32,000 nt of DNA, from positions 150,001-182,000 of the forward strand of contig NC_008818.1 in assembly GCF_000015145.1 (NCBI RefSeq), written 5' to 3'. The position numbers and the translations under genes were made by a program. The notes beneath the pieces were generated by a model. That model saw only the letters and a list, made by a program, of their open reading frames with translations. It had not been told where the DNA came from and did no database searches. Positions 1 through 9,174 of this stretch are shown here, one piece after another. Numbering within the stretch: the stretch's first letter is position 1; each line of letters starts with the position of its first letter. This DNA comes from Hyperthermus butylicus DSM 5456. Lineage in GTDB: Archaea > Thermoproteota > Thermoprotei_A > Sulfolobales > Pyrodictiaceae.

Positions 1-1413
1 ATAGGTTGCACCCCACTTGTGTATGTTCTCGCCGAGCCATCTGCGCAGCTCTGCTAGCCTCAGCTCTCGCAGCAGCTCCTGGCTGCGGCTCCACAGAGTT
101 CTCCATATCATTGCTGCTATCACGTTGCCTAGCGTGTAGGTTGGGAAGTAGCCTATACTCCCGTGGCTCCAGTGTATATCCTGTAGCACGCCCTCAGCAG
201 CATTGCGCGGCCTTACGCCCAGCAGCTCCTCCATCATGTCGTCCCACACCTGGGGCACCTCGTCAACGTTTAGGCTCTGCTCTATCAGCTTCTTCTCTAT
301 CGTGAACCTGAGGTAGATGTGGAGGTTATAGGTTACCTCGTCGGCGTCAACCCTTATGAGGCCCGGCTTCACAGTGTTAACATACCTATATAGCTCTAGG
401 AGGGTGTAGTCCCTAGTGTAGCCTATCGTTTTGTCCATCCTCTCTTTGAGCCATGGTATGAACCAGGGGCCACGTCCAACTATGTTCTCCCAGAACCTGG
501 ACTGGCTCTCGTGCACACCCATGCTGACACCGTGGCCTATTGGTGTGCGTGCTATCCTCGGGTCTATCTGTAGCTCGTAGAGGGCGTGGCCATACTCGTG
601 CACGAGGCTATACACAGCCCTCTTGATGTCATAGCCCTCGTAGCGCACTGTTATTCTAACATCGTTCATGCCTAGCTCTATGGTGAATGGGTGAGCTGAC
701 TCATCGAGCCTGCCACGATCCCATGGCCACTCAAAGCCGTTAAGTATTGATTTGAGGAGCTCCCTCGCCCTGGCCACATCGTACTTTGCCTCTTCGAGAG
801 GGTGATTCTGCGGGTAGAAGCCGCCGCTCAGCACCTTCTCCAGGATCCTTTTGGTTGCGGGGACTAGCTCGGAGAAGATGGCTTCCATGTCGCGTGTCCT
901 TAGTCCCTCTTCGTAGAGGTCTAGGAGCGCGTCGTAGGGGTGCTCCTCGTAGCCTAACCGTTCAGCCTTCTCCCTCTGTATCTCGACGATCTCCTTTAGA
1001 TATGGCTCGAACATCTTGAAGTCAGCCTTCTTCTTGGCCTCCCTCCAGACCACCGTAGCTTCGCTTGATACCTTTGCCTCCCTCCTAGCTAGCTCCTCCG
1101 GTATGAGCTTCACAATGCGGAGCATCCTCTTCATAACCCTTACAACGCCGCGCTCGTAGTCGTTTAGCTGGTCTAGCCTCTCATTAGCCTTCTCCACAAG
1201 CTTCTCAAGCTCCGGATCCCTGCTGAGCCTATGGAGGAGGCCCTCAAGCTCCTCGAACGCTACTGAGCGGTCCTCTACGCCGCGCGGGGGCATGTATGTC
1301 TCCAGATCCCAGCTCATGAGGCTTAGGGCGTGCTTGAGTGCCCAGAGGACGCGGGTCTTCTCAATTATCTTCTTGACGATCTCGTCCTGGAAGAGATGGG
1401 TCTGCTCGGACAA
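1..1413 (-). CDS. Carboxypeptidase Taq (M32) family metallocarboxypeptidase, C-terminus cut by window edge
   Basis: Minus-strand translation gives ...HALSLMSWDLETYMPPRG near the N-terminus, typical of M32, and the HEXXH zinc motif in SLVHEYGHALYELQIDPR near 570-600. TTG start at 1413-1411 is preceded by a GGAGGAG Shine-Dalgarno. The frame stays open to position 1. Confidence 0.9.
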   Translation of the reverse strand, partial: MSEQTHLFQDEIVKKIIEKTRVLWALKHALSLMSWDLETYMPPRGVEDRSVAFEELEGLLHRLSRDPELEKLVEKANERLDQLNDYERGVVRVMKRMLRIVKLIPEELARREAKVSSEATVVWREAKKKADFKMFEPYLKEIVEIQREKAERLGYEEHPYDALLDLYEEGLRTRDMEAIFSELVPATKRILEKVLSGGFYPQNHPLEEAKYDVARARELLKSILNGFEWPWDRGRLDESAHPFTIELGMNDVRITVRYEGYDIKRAVYSLVHEYGHALYELQIDPRIARTPIGHGVSMGVHESQSRFWENIVGRGPWFIPWLKERMDKTIGYTRDYTLLELYRYVNTVKPGLIRVDADEVTYNLHIYLRFTIEKKLIEQSLNVDEVPQVWDDMMEELLGVRPRNAAEGVLQDIHWSHGSIGYFPTYTLGNVIAAMIWRTLWSRSQELLRELRLAELRRWLGENIHKWGATY

Positions 1414-1524
1414 AGGGGGTCTCCTCCGCTCGTTCCCGGGCTGGGCCTTGTGGGTTTTTGGTGTTTCCGCGACAGGTATTAGATGGGTTGCAGAAGCCTA
1501 GGTCATGCCTAGGTGTAGCAGTAA

Positions 1525-2877
1525 ATGGTTAAGCCTCGTAGGTCACGTAGGCATAGTATCTTACTTGTAGCTGGTGTACTAGCTGTCGTAGTTGGTGTTG
1601 TAGCAATGTTCATGACGTATTTTCGGGGAGGAGGTGGCAGCGCCGAATTCTGCCTGGGTGATGGGCCAGCTGTAGCGGTAGTCTACGTGGATGGCCAGGA
1701 AAAACTTGCAGAAGAGCTCAAAAGGTATCTCGAACTCCAGCTAGCCGGGCATATCAGTGGTGCTAGATACTGTACCATAGAGGCGTCAAAGTTTGGAGAC
1801 GAGTTTAGGGTGTATCCGGTCATACTTGTGAAAGCCCAGAACATTAGCAGCCAGCTCGCCTCAATACTCCTAAACACTACGGTGAAGGATGGCTGGAGGC
1901 CAGTGAGGCTAGACTATACAGCGGCTTTTGCAGCCCAAATAGCAGTACAGCTCGGCGTCAAAGGCCCAGTGTACCGTAATACTGCGACGCTACTCGTAGT
2001 CGACGGCTCTACGCCCTTCACAAAGGTCAATGTCTCGGCCCTTAAGCAGCTAATTATGGAGAACGAGCGGTACCATGTGTTGTTCTCGGCGATATTTACA
2101 GCCAATATAACGGACGTAAAGGTGGTTGAAGAGCCGCCGGATGGTGTAGAACCGGTAGTTAGACCAGCATTTTACGCGGTTTCCCAGGCTGACCTCTCGG
2201 AAGGTGCTCCGGCGCTGCGCGAGGTGGCACCAAGCATCTACGAGACTGACGTCAATATCGCAGCGATGATTGCCGGTAGCCCCGTCCTTGATGCCTTCGA
2301 GTCCCGCGAGCTGCCCAAGGGGCTTGAGGCTCATCCCTCGCTGGGCAGTGGCCCGGTGCACATAGCAATATTCGAGGACTTTGCATGTCCTTACTGTGCG
2401 CTATTCTATAAGACGGTGTTTCCAGGCATAGAGAAGTACATAGAAAACAACACCGTGACATTCCACGTGCTAGACCTGATAATACACAACAACGAGAATG
2501 TGGTTAGGATACACAAGCTCCTCCTCTGCTACTACAATGCTACAGGGAACTCAGAGGTCTACCTCGAGGAGGCTAGGAGGATATACTCGGAGCTAATGAT
2601 ATATGCTAGCGAGCCCGTAACCGGAAACAAGACCTTCTACGATAGGCTGGGAGAGATAGCGGCAGAGCTGGCTTCAAGCCTTAACGCGTCTGCAGACTGT
2701 AGCGCGGCAAGCCTAGTCGATGAATCTACTAGGGAGGCGCTTCGTCTAGGCTTGACGGGCACACCCAGCTTCGCTGTATGGAGCGAGAATAGTAGCACGG
2801 TAATCTACTTCGTTGGCTATAGGCCCCTAGACTACTTCCGCGAGCTAATAACATGGTTTTTAGAGCATAGCCGGTAG
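1525..2877 (+). CDS. Membrane-anchored DsbA-like/thioredoxin-fold protein
   Basis: 450 aa ORF with N-terminal TM (SILLVAGVLAVVVGVVAMFMTYF), a C-terminal thioredoxin-like region FEDFACPYCALFYKTVFPGIEKY (CPYC redox motif) and TGTPSF (cis-Pro loop). Confidence 0.8.
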   Translation: MVKPRRSRRHSILLVAGVLAVVVGVVAMFMTYFRGGGGSAEFCLGDGPAVAVVYVDGQEKLAEELKRYLELQLAGHISGARYCTIEASKFGDEFRVYPVILVKAQNISSQLASILLNTTVKDGWRPVRLDYTAAFAAQIAVQLGVKGPVYRNTATLLVVDGSTPFTKVNVSALKQLIMENERYHVLFSAIFTANITDVKVVEEPPDGVEPVVRPAFYAVSQADLSEGAPALREVAPSIYETDVNIAAMIAGSPVLDAFESRELPKGLEAHPSLGSGPVHIAIFEDFACPYCALFYKTVFPGIEKYIENNTVTFHVLDLIIHNNENVVRIHKLLLCYYNATGNSEVYLEEARRIYSELMIYASEPVTGNKTFYDRLGEIAAELASSLNASADCSAASLVDESTREALRLGLTGTPSFAVWSENSSTVIYFVGYRPLDYFRELITWFLEHSR

Positions 2878-3001
2878 ACGCCATAGTTTCAGTAGCCCCT
2901 CCTCCAACCTATATCTAGGGGCATAGAGCTGCTTCTAGCTCTAGGAGTGTGTAGCTGCTAGCACACCCAGCATCATACAGGGATAGGGAGGGCCAGGGGG
3001 A

Positions 3002-3655
3002 TTGGTTACCAGGAGACTCGATGACTATCTGCGCCAGCTGGGAACAGCTGTACGTGAGAGACACGTGGACGTAGAGGCGCTAATTCGGAGACTCGTAGAG
3101 GAAGCCGTGGCTGCCAGTAGCTGCAATGGCGCTAGGCTAGACGAGGTCTTGGAGAGGCTCGAAGCTATAGAACGCAGGCTTGACAAGCTGGAGAGGACAC
3201 TAGAGGAGCTAAGGTCGACGGGGCTGCTGACGCGGAGGAATATAGAGGAGCTAGCCCAAGCACTAGCCTCTGCGGTATCAGCTGTACTCAAGCAGGCTCG
3301 GCAGCAGCGCGGTGGAAACGAGCCTCGCTGGGTCAAGCTCATCCTTGAACGGATCGAGGATAGAGGCTACGTATTTCTACATGAGCTTCCGGCAGAAGTT
3401 CGCAGCGGCTTTGACCCCGGGGTTCTGAGATCTAAAGGCCTTATAGTAGAGAGTGTTGGCGGGGATGTGCTCATCGCTAGTAGCAAAACGCTTCAGGAGT
3501 TCTCGGAGGAGCTTTCAAAGCTTAAGACTAGCGATGAGTATGAGGCTGAAATGAAGCTTGGAAAGTATAGAGTGCTATTCCGCATACTGAGAGACGAGGG
3601 TATGGTCTATTACGCAGCTGGCCGTGGCTGGGTGCTCAGGGGTTTAAACCGCTAA
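3002..3655 (+). CDS. Coiled-coil protein with possible C-terminal winged-helix-like region, function unknown
   Basis: 217 aa ORF. Heptad-rich central part RLDEVLERLEAIERRLDKLERTLEELRSTG, then a charged alpha/beta C-terminal half. TTG start. Confidence 0.6.
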   Translation: MVTRRLDDYLRQLGTAVRERHVDVEALIRRLVEEAVAASSCNGARLDEVLERLEAIERRLDKLERTLEELRSTGLLTRRNIEELAQALASAVSAVLKQARQQRGGNEPRWVKLILERIEDRGYVFLHELPAEVRSGFDPGVLRSKGLIVESVGGDVLIASSKTLQEFSEELSKLKTSDEYEAEMKLGKYRVLFRILRDEGMVYYAAGRGWVLRGLNR

Positions 3656-4182
3656 AGCCAGCCCATAACCCGGCCTGCATGGTAGTACAGTATCCCTATA
3701 ATCGACTTGGCATCCCTTATGACGCCACCACGTATCATTTCAAGAGCTTCCTCGAGTTTCACCCACTCAACCTCTATGAGCTCGTCCTCCTCGAGTTTCT
3801 GCCCCCTCCACCGGAGATCCCCTGCAGCAAATACTACGAGCTTCTCTGTTGAGACACCTGGACTCGTATAGAACTCTACAAGCCTCTTTAGCCAGCCGGG
3901 CTCGTAGCCAGTCTCCTCTACAAGCTCTCTCCTAGCCGTCTCCTCGGGCTCCTCCCCAGGTTCAAGGGTGCCAGCGGGTATCTCGTAGAGCCACTCGCCA
4001 ACAACAGGCCGGTACTGCTTCTCGAGCAGTATCCTTCCATTCTCCTCAGCTACTACAGCTACCGCGCCAGGGTGGAGCAGTGCGTCGAAGGCCTTAACAC
4101 TGCCTTTCACGACGTCGTATATCCGGGCGAGAACGAGTCTACGCCCCCGGCAAAGCTCTTCAACACGTCTTTCAGCTGCCAC
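3652..4182 (-). CDS. NUDIX hydrolase, ADP-ribose pyrophosphatase-like
   Basis: 176 aa ORF with Nudix box GTLEPGEEPEETARRELVEETGYEPG. 4-nt convergent overlap with the 3002-3655 ORF. Confidence 0.9.
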   Translation of the reverse strand: MAAERRVEELCRGRRLVLARIYDVVKGSVKAFDALLHPGAVAVVAEENGRILLEKQYRPVVGEWLYEIPAGTLEPGEEPEETARRELVEETGYEPGWLKRLVEFYTSPGVSTEKLVVFAAGDLRWRGQKLEEDELIEVEWVKLEEALEMIRGGVIRDAKSIIGILYYHAGRVMGWL

Positions 4183-4261
4183 AGTGAAGCACCACGCTTG
4201 TACACAAGCTGTAAGGGCGGTAATTAACTAGGGTGGGGATACCCTGCTTCCGGATTGGGGA

Positions 4262-4831
4262 GTGTGGAAGGGTGTGGTGTCTGTGGTGAGGATACTGGTT
4301 CCATTCCACTTGGCCCGGCTTGGAGACCGTATTGTTGGACTTGACGCGTATTTTTGGGGTCAGCTGAGTGAGCGGTACCGTGTAGTACTACTCGTCCATC
4401 CAGCGGAAAACCTGCTAGACGAGAGAGATGCTACAGGCTGTAAGCTCCCTGTAAACGTTACCTTTGAGGAACAGTTGCGAGACATAGAGGAGGTGTCTGA
4501 GATAAGGACTCCCAGGCCCAAGCTGCCACGGATAGGGCCGGGCAAGAGGCTCCTAACACTACTCATGCCAGCCATGATAATCTACCAAGAGCTAAAGGCG
4601 GCTATGAAGCTCGTGGAGGTTCCAGAGGAGGCCCAGGCGAGGAACCTGGCCAAGATGCTTCGGAACCTGGAGCCGCTAAATGTTCTCGGCTATGCCGTCT
4701 TCGAGAGGCAGGGAGACCTTATACTGCCGGCAAGGGAGGGCACGATGAAGAGAATTTATAGCGAGCTTGCAAGCCGCGACGAGGGCTACCGTCAGGCTTG
4801 TCTAGACGCGATACGCCGCTGCAAAGCCTAG
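4262..4831 (+). CDS. Hypothetical protein
   Basis: 189 aa ORF between two supported genes; no family recognised. Several closely spaced in-frame GTG codons make the exact start uncertain. Confidence 0.5.
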   Translation: MWKGVVSVVRILVPFHLARLGDRIVGLDAYFWGQLSERYRVVLLVHPAENLLDERDATGCKLPVNVTFEEQLRDIEEVSEIRTPRPKLPRIGPGKRLLTLLMPAMIIYQELKAAMKLVEVPEEAQARNLAKMLRNLEPLNVLGYAVFERQGDLILPAREGTMKRIYSELASRDEGYRQACLDAIRRCKA

Positions 4832-5031
4832 TGTTTGAGGGGTGGGGTCGGCCAGCAGCCCCACTCCTCACACAGGCGGCCCGCAGCCCCCGGGCTAGCT
4901 GCGGGCCTCAGCTTTGCTACATCTCCTCACGCCCCAGCCGTGCCTAGCCTAGTTTCGGGGTCTAATACCTACAGTGTTGCATCAGTGCTTTTAGCCTGGC
5001 CCCCAGGTCCAACCCATATTGGTGGCCTATT

Positions 5032-6141
5032 GTGGCGTATAGGTCTGTTGCACTGATTATCCTCCTTGTGGTGGCGGCGCTGGTAGCCGGTATAGCGATA
5101 GGCTACACGGTTGGCGGCAAGAATGGGATGGCGCCGGCCCAAGAGCAGCCAGTGACACAGCCAGCTGGGCAAGAGCCACAAGCTGGTATGCAGGGGGAGC
5201 CCCAGGTTGTTGAGGAGGCTTTGAGGAGTAGGGTTGTGGTCCTCGTAGATGCTCTCGGGAGGGAGGTGACACTAGCCAGGCCGCCGGAGAGGATTGCGAG
5301 CCTAGCACCCTCGATAACAGAGGTCGTCTGCGCCCTCGGCGCGTGTGATAGGCTAGTTGCAGTGGACAATATTTCAATGTCTATAGTCGAGAGGGAACTT
5401 GGAGCTGAGGCTGTGAAGCTGGTTAGTGTCGGCAGCTTCTGGCAGCCATCAAGCGAGCTAGTATTATCAGCTAATCCAGACATGGTGCTCGCATGTAGCG
5501 GCGTACCGGCCCAGGAGGCTATGGTAGGTCAGCTTGAGGATGCCGACATCAAGGTATTCTTCCTGCGCTGCGACAGGTCGAGGAATATCGGGGACATTTA
5601 CTGGGACATATCGACTCTTGGCGTCATGCTAAACGAAACGGCAAAGGCCAGCGAGATTATCGAGGAGATACAGGCTAGGCTACAGAGTGTAGCAACAGCC
5701 GTAGCCAACGAGACAAGCCCCACGGTAGCCCTTGTCGTCTACATGGATTCCAACGGTGTCTACGTGGCTGGAGGCGGTAACTTCCAGGACAACCTTATAC
5801 AGCTTGCAGGCGGCGTAAACGTATTCGGAGACTACTATGGCTGGCCGATGATTAGCTACGAGGATATTGTGGTCCGCGATCCCGACTACATAGTGGTAAC
5901 AAGTATGGGCACTGCAAACGATACCATAAGCCTCATAAAGTCCACGCTGCTAAGCAAGACCAAGGCGTATAGTGAGGGTCACGTCTGCATAGTGACGGGT
6001 GAGGCTGTTGACGTCCTTAGCAGGCCCTCGGTAAGGATTGCCGATGCAGTGGAGCTGCTAGCATCGATACTACATCCAGACGCTGTGGAACCCCCGAGCA
6101 AGCTGGCAGGCTACATAACTTGCATAGGCGCTGGGGGCTGA
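5032..6141 (+). CDS. ABC transporter substrate-binding protein (BtuF/FecB-type, cobalamin or siderophore/iron class)
   Basis: 369 aa ORF with N-terminal TM (VALIILLVVAALVAGIAIGYTVGG), a Q/P/G-rich linker, then DALGREVTLARPPERIASLAPSITEVVCALGACDRLVAVDN typical of the family. Followed directly by the permease gene. Confidence 0.85.
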   Translation: MAYRSVALIILLVVAALVAGIAIGYTVGGKNGMAPAQEQPVTQPAGQEPQAGMQGEPQVVEEALRSRVVVLVDALGREVTLARPPERIASLAPSITEVVCALGACDRLVAVDNISMSIVERELGAEAVKLVSVGSFWQPSSELVLSANPDMVLACSGVPAQEAMVGQLEDADIKVFFLRCDRSRNIGDIYWDISTLGVMLNETAKASEIIEEIQARLQSVATAVANETSPTVALVVYMDSNGVYVAGGGNFQDNLIQLAGGVNVFGDYYGWPMISYEDIVVRDPDYIVVTSMGTANDTISLIKSTLLSKTKAYSEGHVCIVTGEAVDVLSRPSVRIADAVELLASILHPDAVEPPSKLAGYITCIGAGG

Positions 6142-6142
6142 G

Positions 6143-7123
6143 GTGGCCACGTCCTTGGCGAGTTTTTTACCACTCACGATAACCTTGCTGCTCTTCCCAC
6201 TCCTTATCCTCGCGAGCCTTGCGGTGGGGCCCGCGGGGCTGGTAAACCCTCTGGATCCGGGAAGCCAGCTCATAGCAAGGCTCCGGCTCATGCGCACCCT
6301 TCTAGCAGTAGGTGTCGGCACTGCCCTGGGTCTCTCCGGGACACTAGTCCAGTACAGCGTGGCCAACCCCCTGGCGAGCCCGAGCATACTTGGAGTCTCA
6401 GCTGGCGCCCTTGCTGCAGCCTCGGCGGCCTACATCGTGTATCGTGGGTCTCCCCCGCCAGCTGCACCGTTGGCAGCGGCTGTAATGGGTGGGCTAGCTG
6501 CGTATGCGTTGACGCTAGCTATAGCTTCGAGGGCGGGGCTCACGAGAGTCTCCATGGTGCTCGCCGGTATAGCGGTCTCGAGCAGCCTCGCTGGCATAGC
6601 CAGTATGCTCGTAATATACATCAATGCACGGTACCATGTGGCATCAGCGCTGTTGCTAATGGGAAGTTTTGCCTATGCGGTCGAGGAGAAAGTGTTAGTA
6701 GCAGCTGTAGCTGCGCTAGTAGCAGCGGCTACAGCGCTAATCCTGGCAAACCCTCTCGACGCTCTCTCATACGGCGACGAGACAGCACTAAGCCTAGGCT
6801 ACAGCCCAGCCAAGATAAGGCTCGCAGCTACAGCAGCCGCGGTAGCAGCTACAGCAGCCACGGTCTACGCCGCCGGGCTCATAGGCTTCGCCGACCTCGT
6901 AGCAGCCAACATAGCCAGGAGCATTGCTGGAAGCCATCCCTCAAGATCGGCGCCAGCCTCGGCGCTGATAGGTGCAGAGATAGCACTAGCAGCAGACATA
7001 GCAGGAAGGCTAGCAGCAACAACCATAAGGCTCGGCGAGATCCCAGCAGGCCTCCTCACAAGCACTGTTGGCGGATTATTCCTTGCCTTCCTCGTAGCGA
7101 GAAAGGCGGGACAGGGATGGTGA
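6143..7123 (+). CDS. ABC transporter permease (BtuC/FecCD family)
   Basis: 326 aa polytopic ORF with ALGLSGTLVQYSVANPLASPSILGVSAGALAAASAAYIV and a C-terminal ...RLGEIPAGLLTSTVGGLFLAFLVAR motif. Confidence 0.9.
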   Translation: MATSLASFLPLTITLLLFPLLILASLAVGPAGLVNPLDPGSQLIARLRLMRTLLAVGVGTALGLSGTLVQYSVANPLASPSILGVSAGALAAASAAYIVYRGSPPPAAPLAAAVMGGLAAYALTLAIASRAGLTRVSMVLAGIAVSSSLAGIASMLVIYINARYHVASALLLMGSFAYAVEEKVLVAAVAALVAAATALILANPLDALSYGDETALSLGYSPAKIRLAATAAAVAATAATVYAAGLIGFADLVAANIARSIAGSHPSRSAPASALIGAEIALAADIAGRLAATTIRLGEIPAGLLTSTVGGLFLAFLVARKAGQGW

Positions 7124-7126
7124 GAC

Positions 7127-7910
7127 ATGCAGCACGTCCTAGAGGCTGAGAACGTCACAGTAGAGTTCAACGGTAGAATAGTACTCCGGGACATAAACCT
7201 GAAGCTCGAGTCAGGTAAGCTCACGGTAATCCTTGGCCCAAACGGTGCTGGCAAGACAACACTCCTCAAGGACACTAGCCGGGATAATTAAGCCAACCCG
7301 GGGAGTGGTAAAACTCGATGGCAAGCCGGTACATGCGATGAACCCTCGTACCCGGGCAAGACTAATCGCCTACACTCCGGTCGCCCTCGAGGCGCCAGGC
7401 CTAGGCCAAACAGTGGCAGAATACGTGGCTGCGAGCCTCTACCCCTACGGTCACAGCCTCAAAATAGGCCTAACCAGCTACGACCTCCAGGAAGCAATAA
7501 CCCATCTAGGAAAGCTAGAAGCTGAACACCTAGCACAACGGAGACTAGCAACCCTAAGCAGTGGCGAGCAAAAACGCAGCATTATAGCCCACGGCCTCGC
7601 CAGGAGGCCCATAGTGCTACTCGCCGACGAGCCAACAAGCCTACTAGACATGAGGGCCCGGCTACTAGCCTACAGAGTGCTCCGCCTAGAAGCAGAGAAG
7701 GGCCGGATAGTCGTGGCATCAACCCACGACATGCTTCTTGCGGCACTCTATGCAGACCACGTAGTAGTCATAGATAAGGGCGTGGTCGTAGCGCAGGGCA
7801 CAGCGGGAAAAGTACTATCCAGCGAGCTTCTCGAGGCAGTCTTCTCGGTTAAGATAGCAGTAGCAGAAGTGGATGGAAGAACAGTCCCCATACCACTTGA
7901 GCCACTTTAA
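7127..7910 (+). CDS. ABC transporter ATP-binding protein (BtuD/FepC-like), reading frame interrupted by a +1 shift near 7268-7272
   Basis: Frame 1 from ATG 7127: MQHVLEAENVTVEFNGRIVLRDINLKLESGKLTVILGPNGAGKTTLLK (Walker A), hitting TAA at 7289-7291. Homology continues in the next frame as TLAGIIKPTRGVVKLDGKPV...TLSSGEQKRSIIAHGLARRPIVLLADEPTSLLD. The ORF track shows only 7233-7910. Confidence 0.85.
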
Positions 7911-7942
7911 GCAGTAAGAAACAGGTATTGTAGAAAAGCAAA

Positions 7943-7960
7943 GGTTTTTAGAAACCTTCT
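7943..7960. repeat. Small perfect inverted repeat AAGGTTT-TTAG-AAACCTT
   Basis: 7-bp stem, 4-nt loop, located 33 nt after the ABC ATPase stop. Confidence 0.5.
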
Positions 7961-8096
7961 TACCCGTGATTTTCCGAAAGACATGGTAATATATACAAGC
8001 AGTCGAAACGACTTTGTGGGTGTCTACAATGTGAAAGATTTTTAAGTATGTTTAATTGTACAAGAATCTTGGCAGTGGAAGTCACTGCTGTATAGA

Positions 8097-8498
8097 GTGC
8101 TTGGGTCTAAAGTAAGAGGGTGTAGCATAGTCATGTCAATGCTGCCACAAATCCTATCCTCACTTATAAACGTGCCGGGTGTAGTAGGCGTATTCATTAT
8201 AAGCAAGGATGGCTTTGTAATAGACAAAGCTACATCGAGTGTCCTCAACATCGACGATGATGTGTTGGCAGCAATGATAACAACAGCCTATGGTTCGGTA
8301 ATACAGCCCGGTGCAGAACTACACATTGGCGAGCCAGAAATAGTGACCATGGAGTACAGTAACCACTACGTGCTAATAGTTGATGCTGGCGAATACATCC
8401 TAGCACTCCTAGCAGACCGTGGCCGCGCAATACTCGGCAGGCTACGCTACGAGCTACGCCGTCAAGCAGAGTCAATCCGAATGGCTGCACGTACATAA
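8097..8498 (+). CDS. Roadblock/LC7 domain protein (putative GTPase regulator)
   Basis: 133 aa ORF; SLINVPGVVGVFIISKDGFVIDKATSSVLNIDDDVLAAMITTAYGS...YILALLADRGRAILGRLRYELRR. ATG at 8133 (MSMLPQ) is a plausible alternative start. TTTTTAA TATA-like element near 8038. Confidence 0.75.
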   Translation: MLGSKVRGCSIVMSMLPQILSSLINVPGVVGVFIISKDGFVIDKATSSVLNIDDDVLAAMITTAYGSVIQPGAELHIGEPEIVTMEYSNHYVLIVDAGEYILALLADRGRAILGRLRYELRRQAESIRMAART

Positions 8499-8606
8499 TT
8501 ATGCTACCTCTTTTCCACAGACCACAAATTCCCCGAAATCAGGGCTACTGGCGGGCATGTCTACAAGACTTCTAGCACACATACAAGCATATTCCTGTGG
8601 ACATGA

Positions 8607-9134
8607 CTCATAACCGCGATTATAGCTGGCTACCAGGTAGCGTCAACCAGGATACTGGTAAAGGCTGTTGGCAACGTATTGGTCAGCATACCTGAGGAGC
8701 TAGGCATAGAGTTTGGTACGTTGACATACATAGATGAGAATTCTGTTAAGACGTATCGTATTTTCAGAGGCTACTAGGGGTAGCGTAGAGGCGTCGAGGG
8801 ATGATACACTTGGGATCCTTGAGGTGCGCTATGGCTGTCACAGTGCTTGCACCGCGCTGACAAACTGCAAGGCAATGATACTATAGGCCCCTTTTATTGA
8901 GGAGGGTTTCGGATGAAAGGTTTGAACTCGCAGCAAAGGAGTGCTCGTTCAACGTGAGTGAAACACAGCTAGCCTCCTTCATCGATATCGTCGTGGGTGT
9001 TCTTAGGGCTCTAGGTGCCATGGCTGTAGCTATGGGGAGAGGAAGTAGAGAAGCAGCGTGGGAAGGGAATCCATGCCGTCTGGGCTGTCGGAGGAGGCAA
9101 GAACTGCAAGACAGTTGTTGGAGATGTATTGTGA
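8607..9134 (+). pseudogene. Degenerate or multiply frameshifted coding region, family unassigned
   Basis: Consecutive protein-like segments on the same strand in different frames: 8607-8777 LITAIIAGYQVASTRILVKAVGNVLVSIPEELGIEFGTLTYIDENSVKTYRIFRGY*; 8770-8886 ATRGSVEASRDDTLGILEVRYGCHSACTALTNCKAMIL*; 8897-~9035 MRRVSDERFELAAKECSFNVSETQLASFIDIVVGVLRALGAMAVAMG; 9036-9134 GEEVEKQRGKGIHAVWAVGGGKNCKTVVGDVL*. Confidence 0.45.
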
Positions 9135-9174
9135 AACCCGTACCTTTACCTTCTTTTACCGTGTCTGAGGTTGA

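Noticed and set aside
6-1501. Plus-strand ORFs of 99, 77 and 69 aa at 6-305, 786-1019 and 1292-1501
   Set aside because: Antisense to the M32 carboxypeptidase frame, which carries the HEXXH motif; low-complexity Ser/Arg-rich translations.
5057-6387. Minus-strand ORFs of 106, 126 and 105 aa opposite the ABC substrate-binding and permease genes
   Set aside because: Shadow ORFs; the plus-strand frame has clear family motifs.
8419-8613. 64 aa plus ORF overlapping the roadblock gene
   Set aside because: First half is an alternate-frame shadow of the roadblock CDS. Only its last residues (STRLLAHIQAYSCGHDS) could belong to the degenerate region, so it was not called as a gene.
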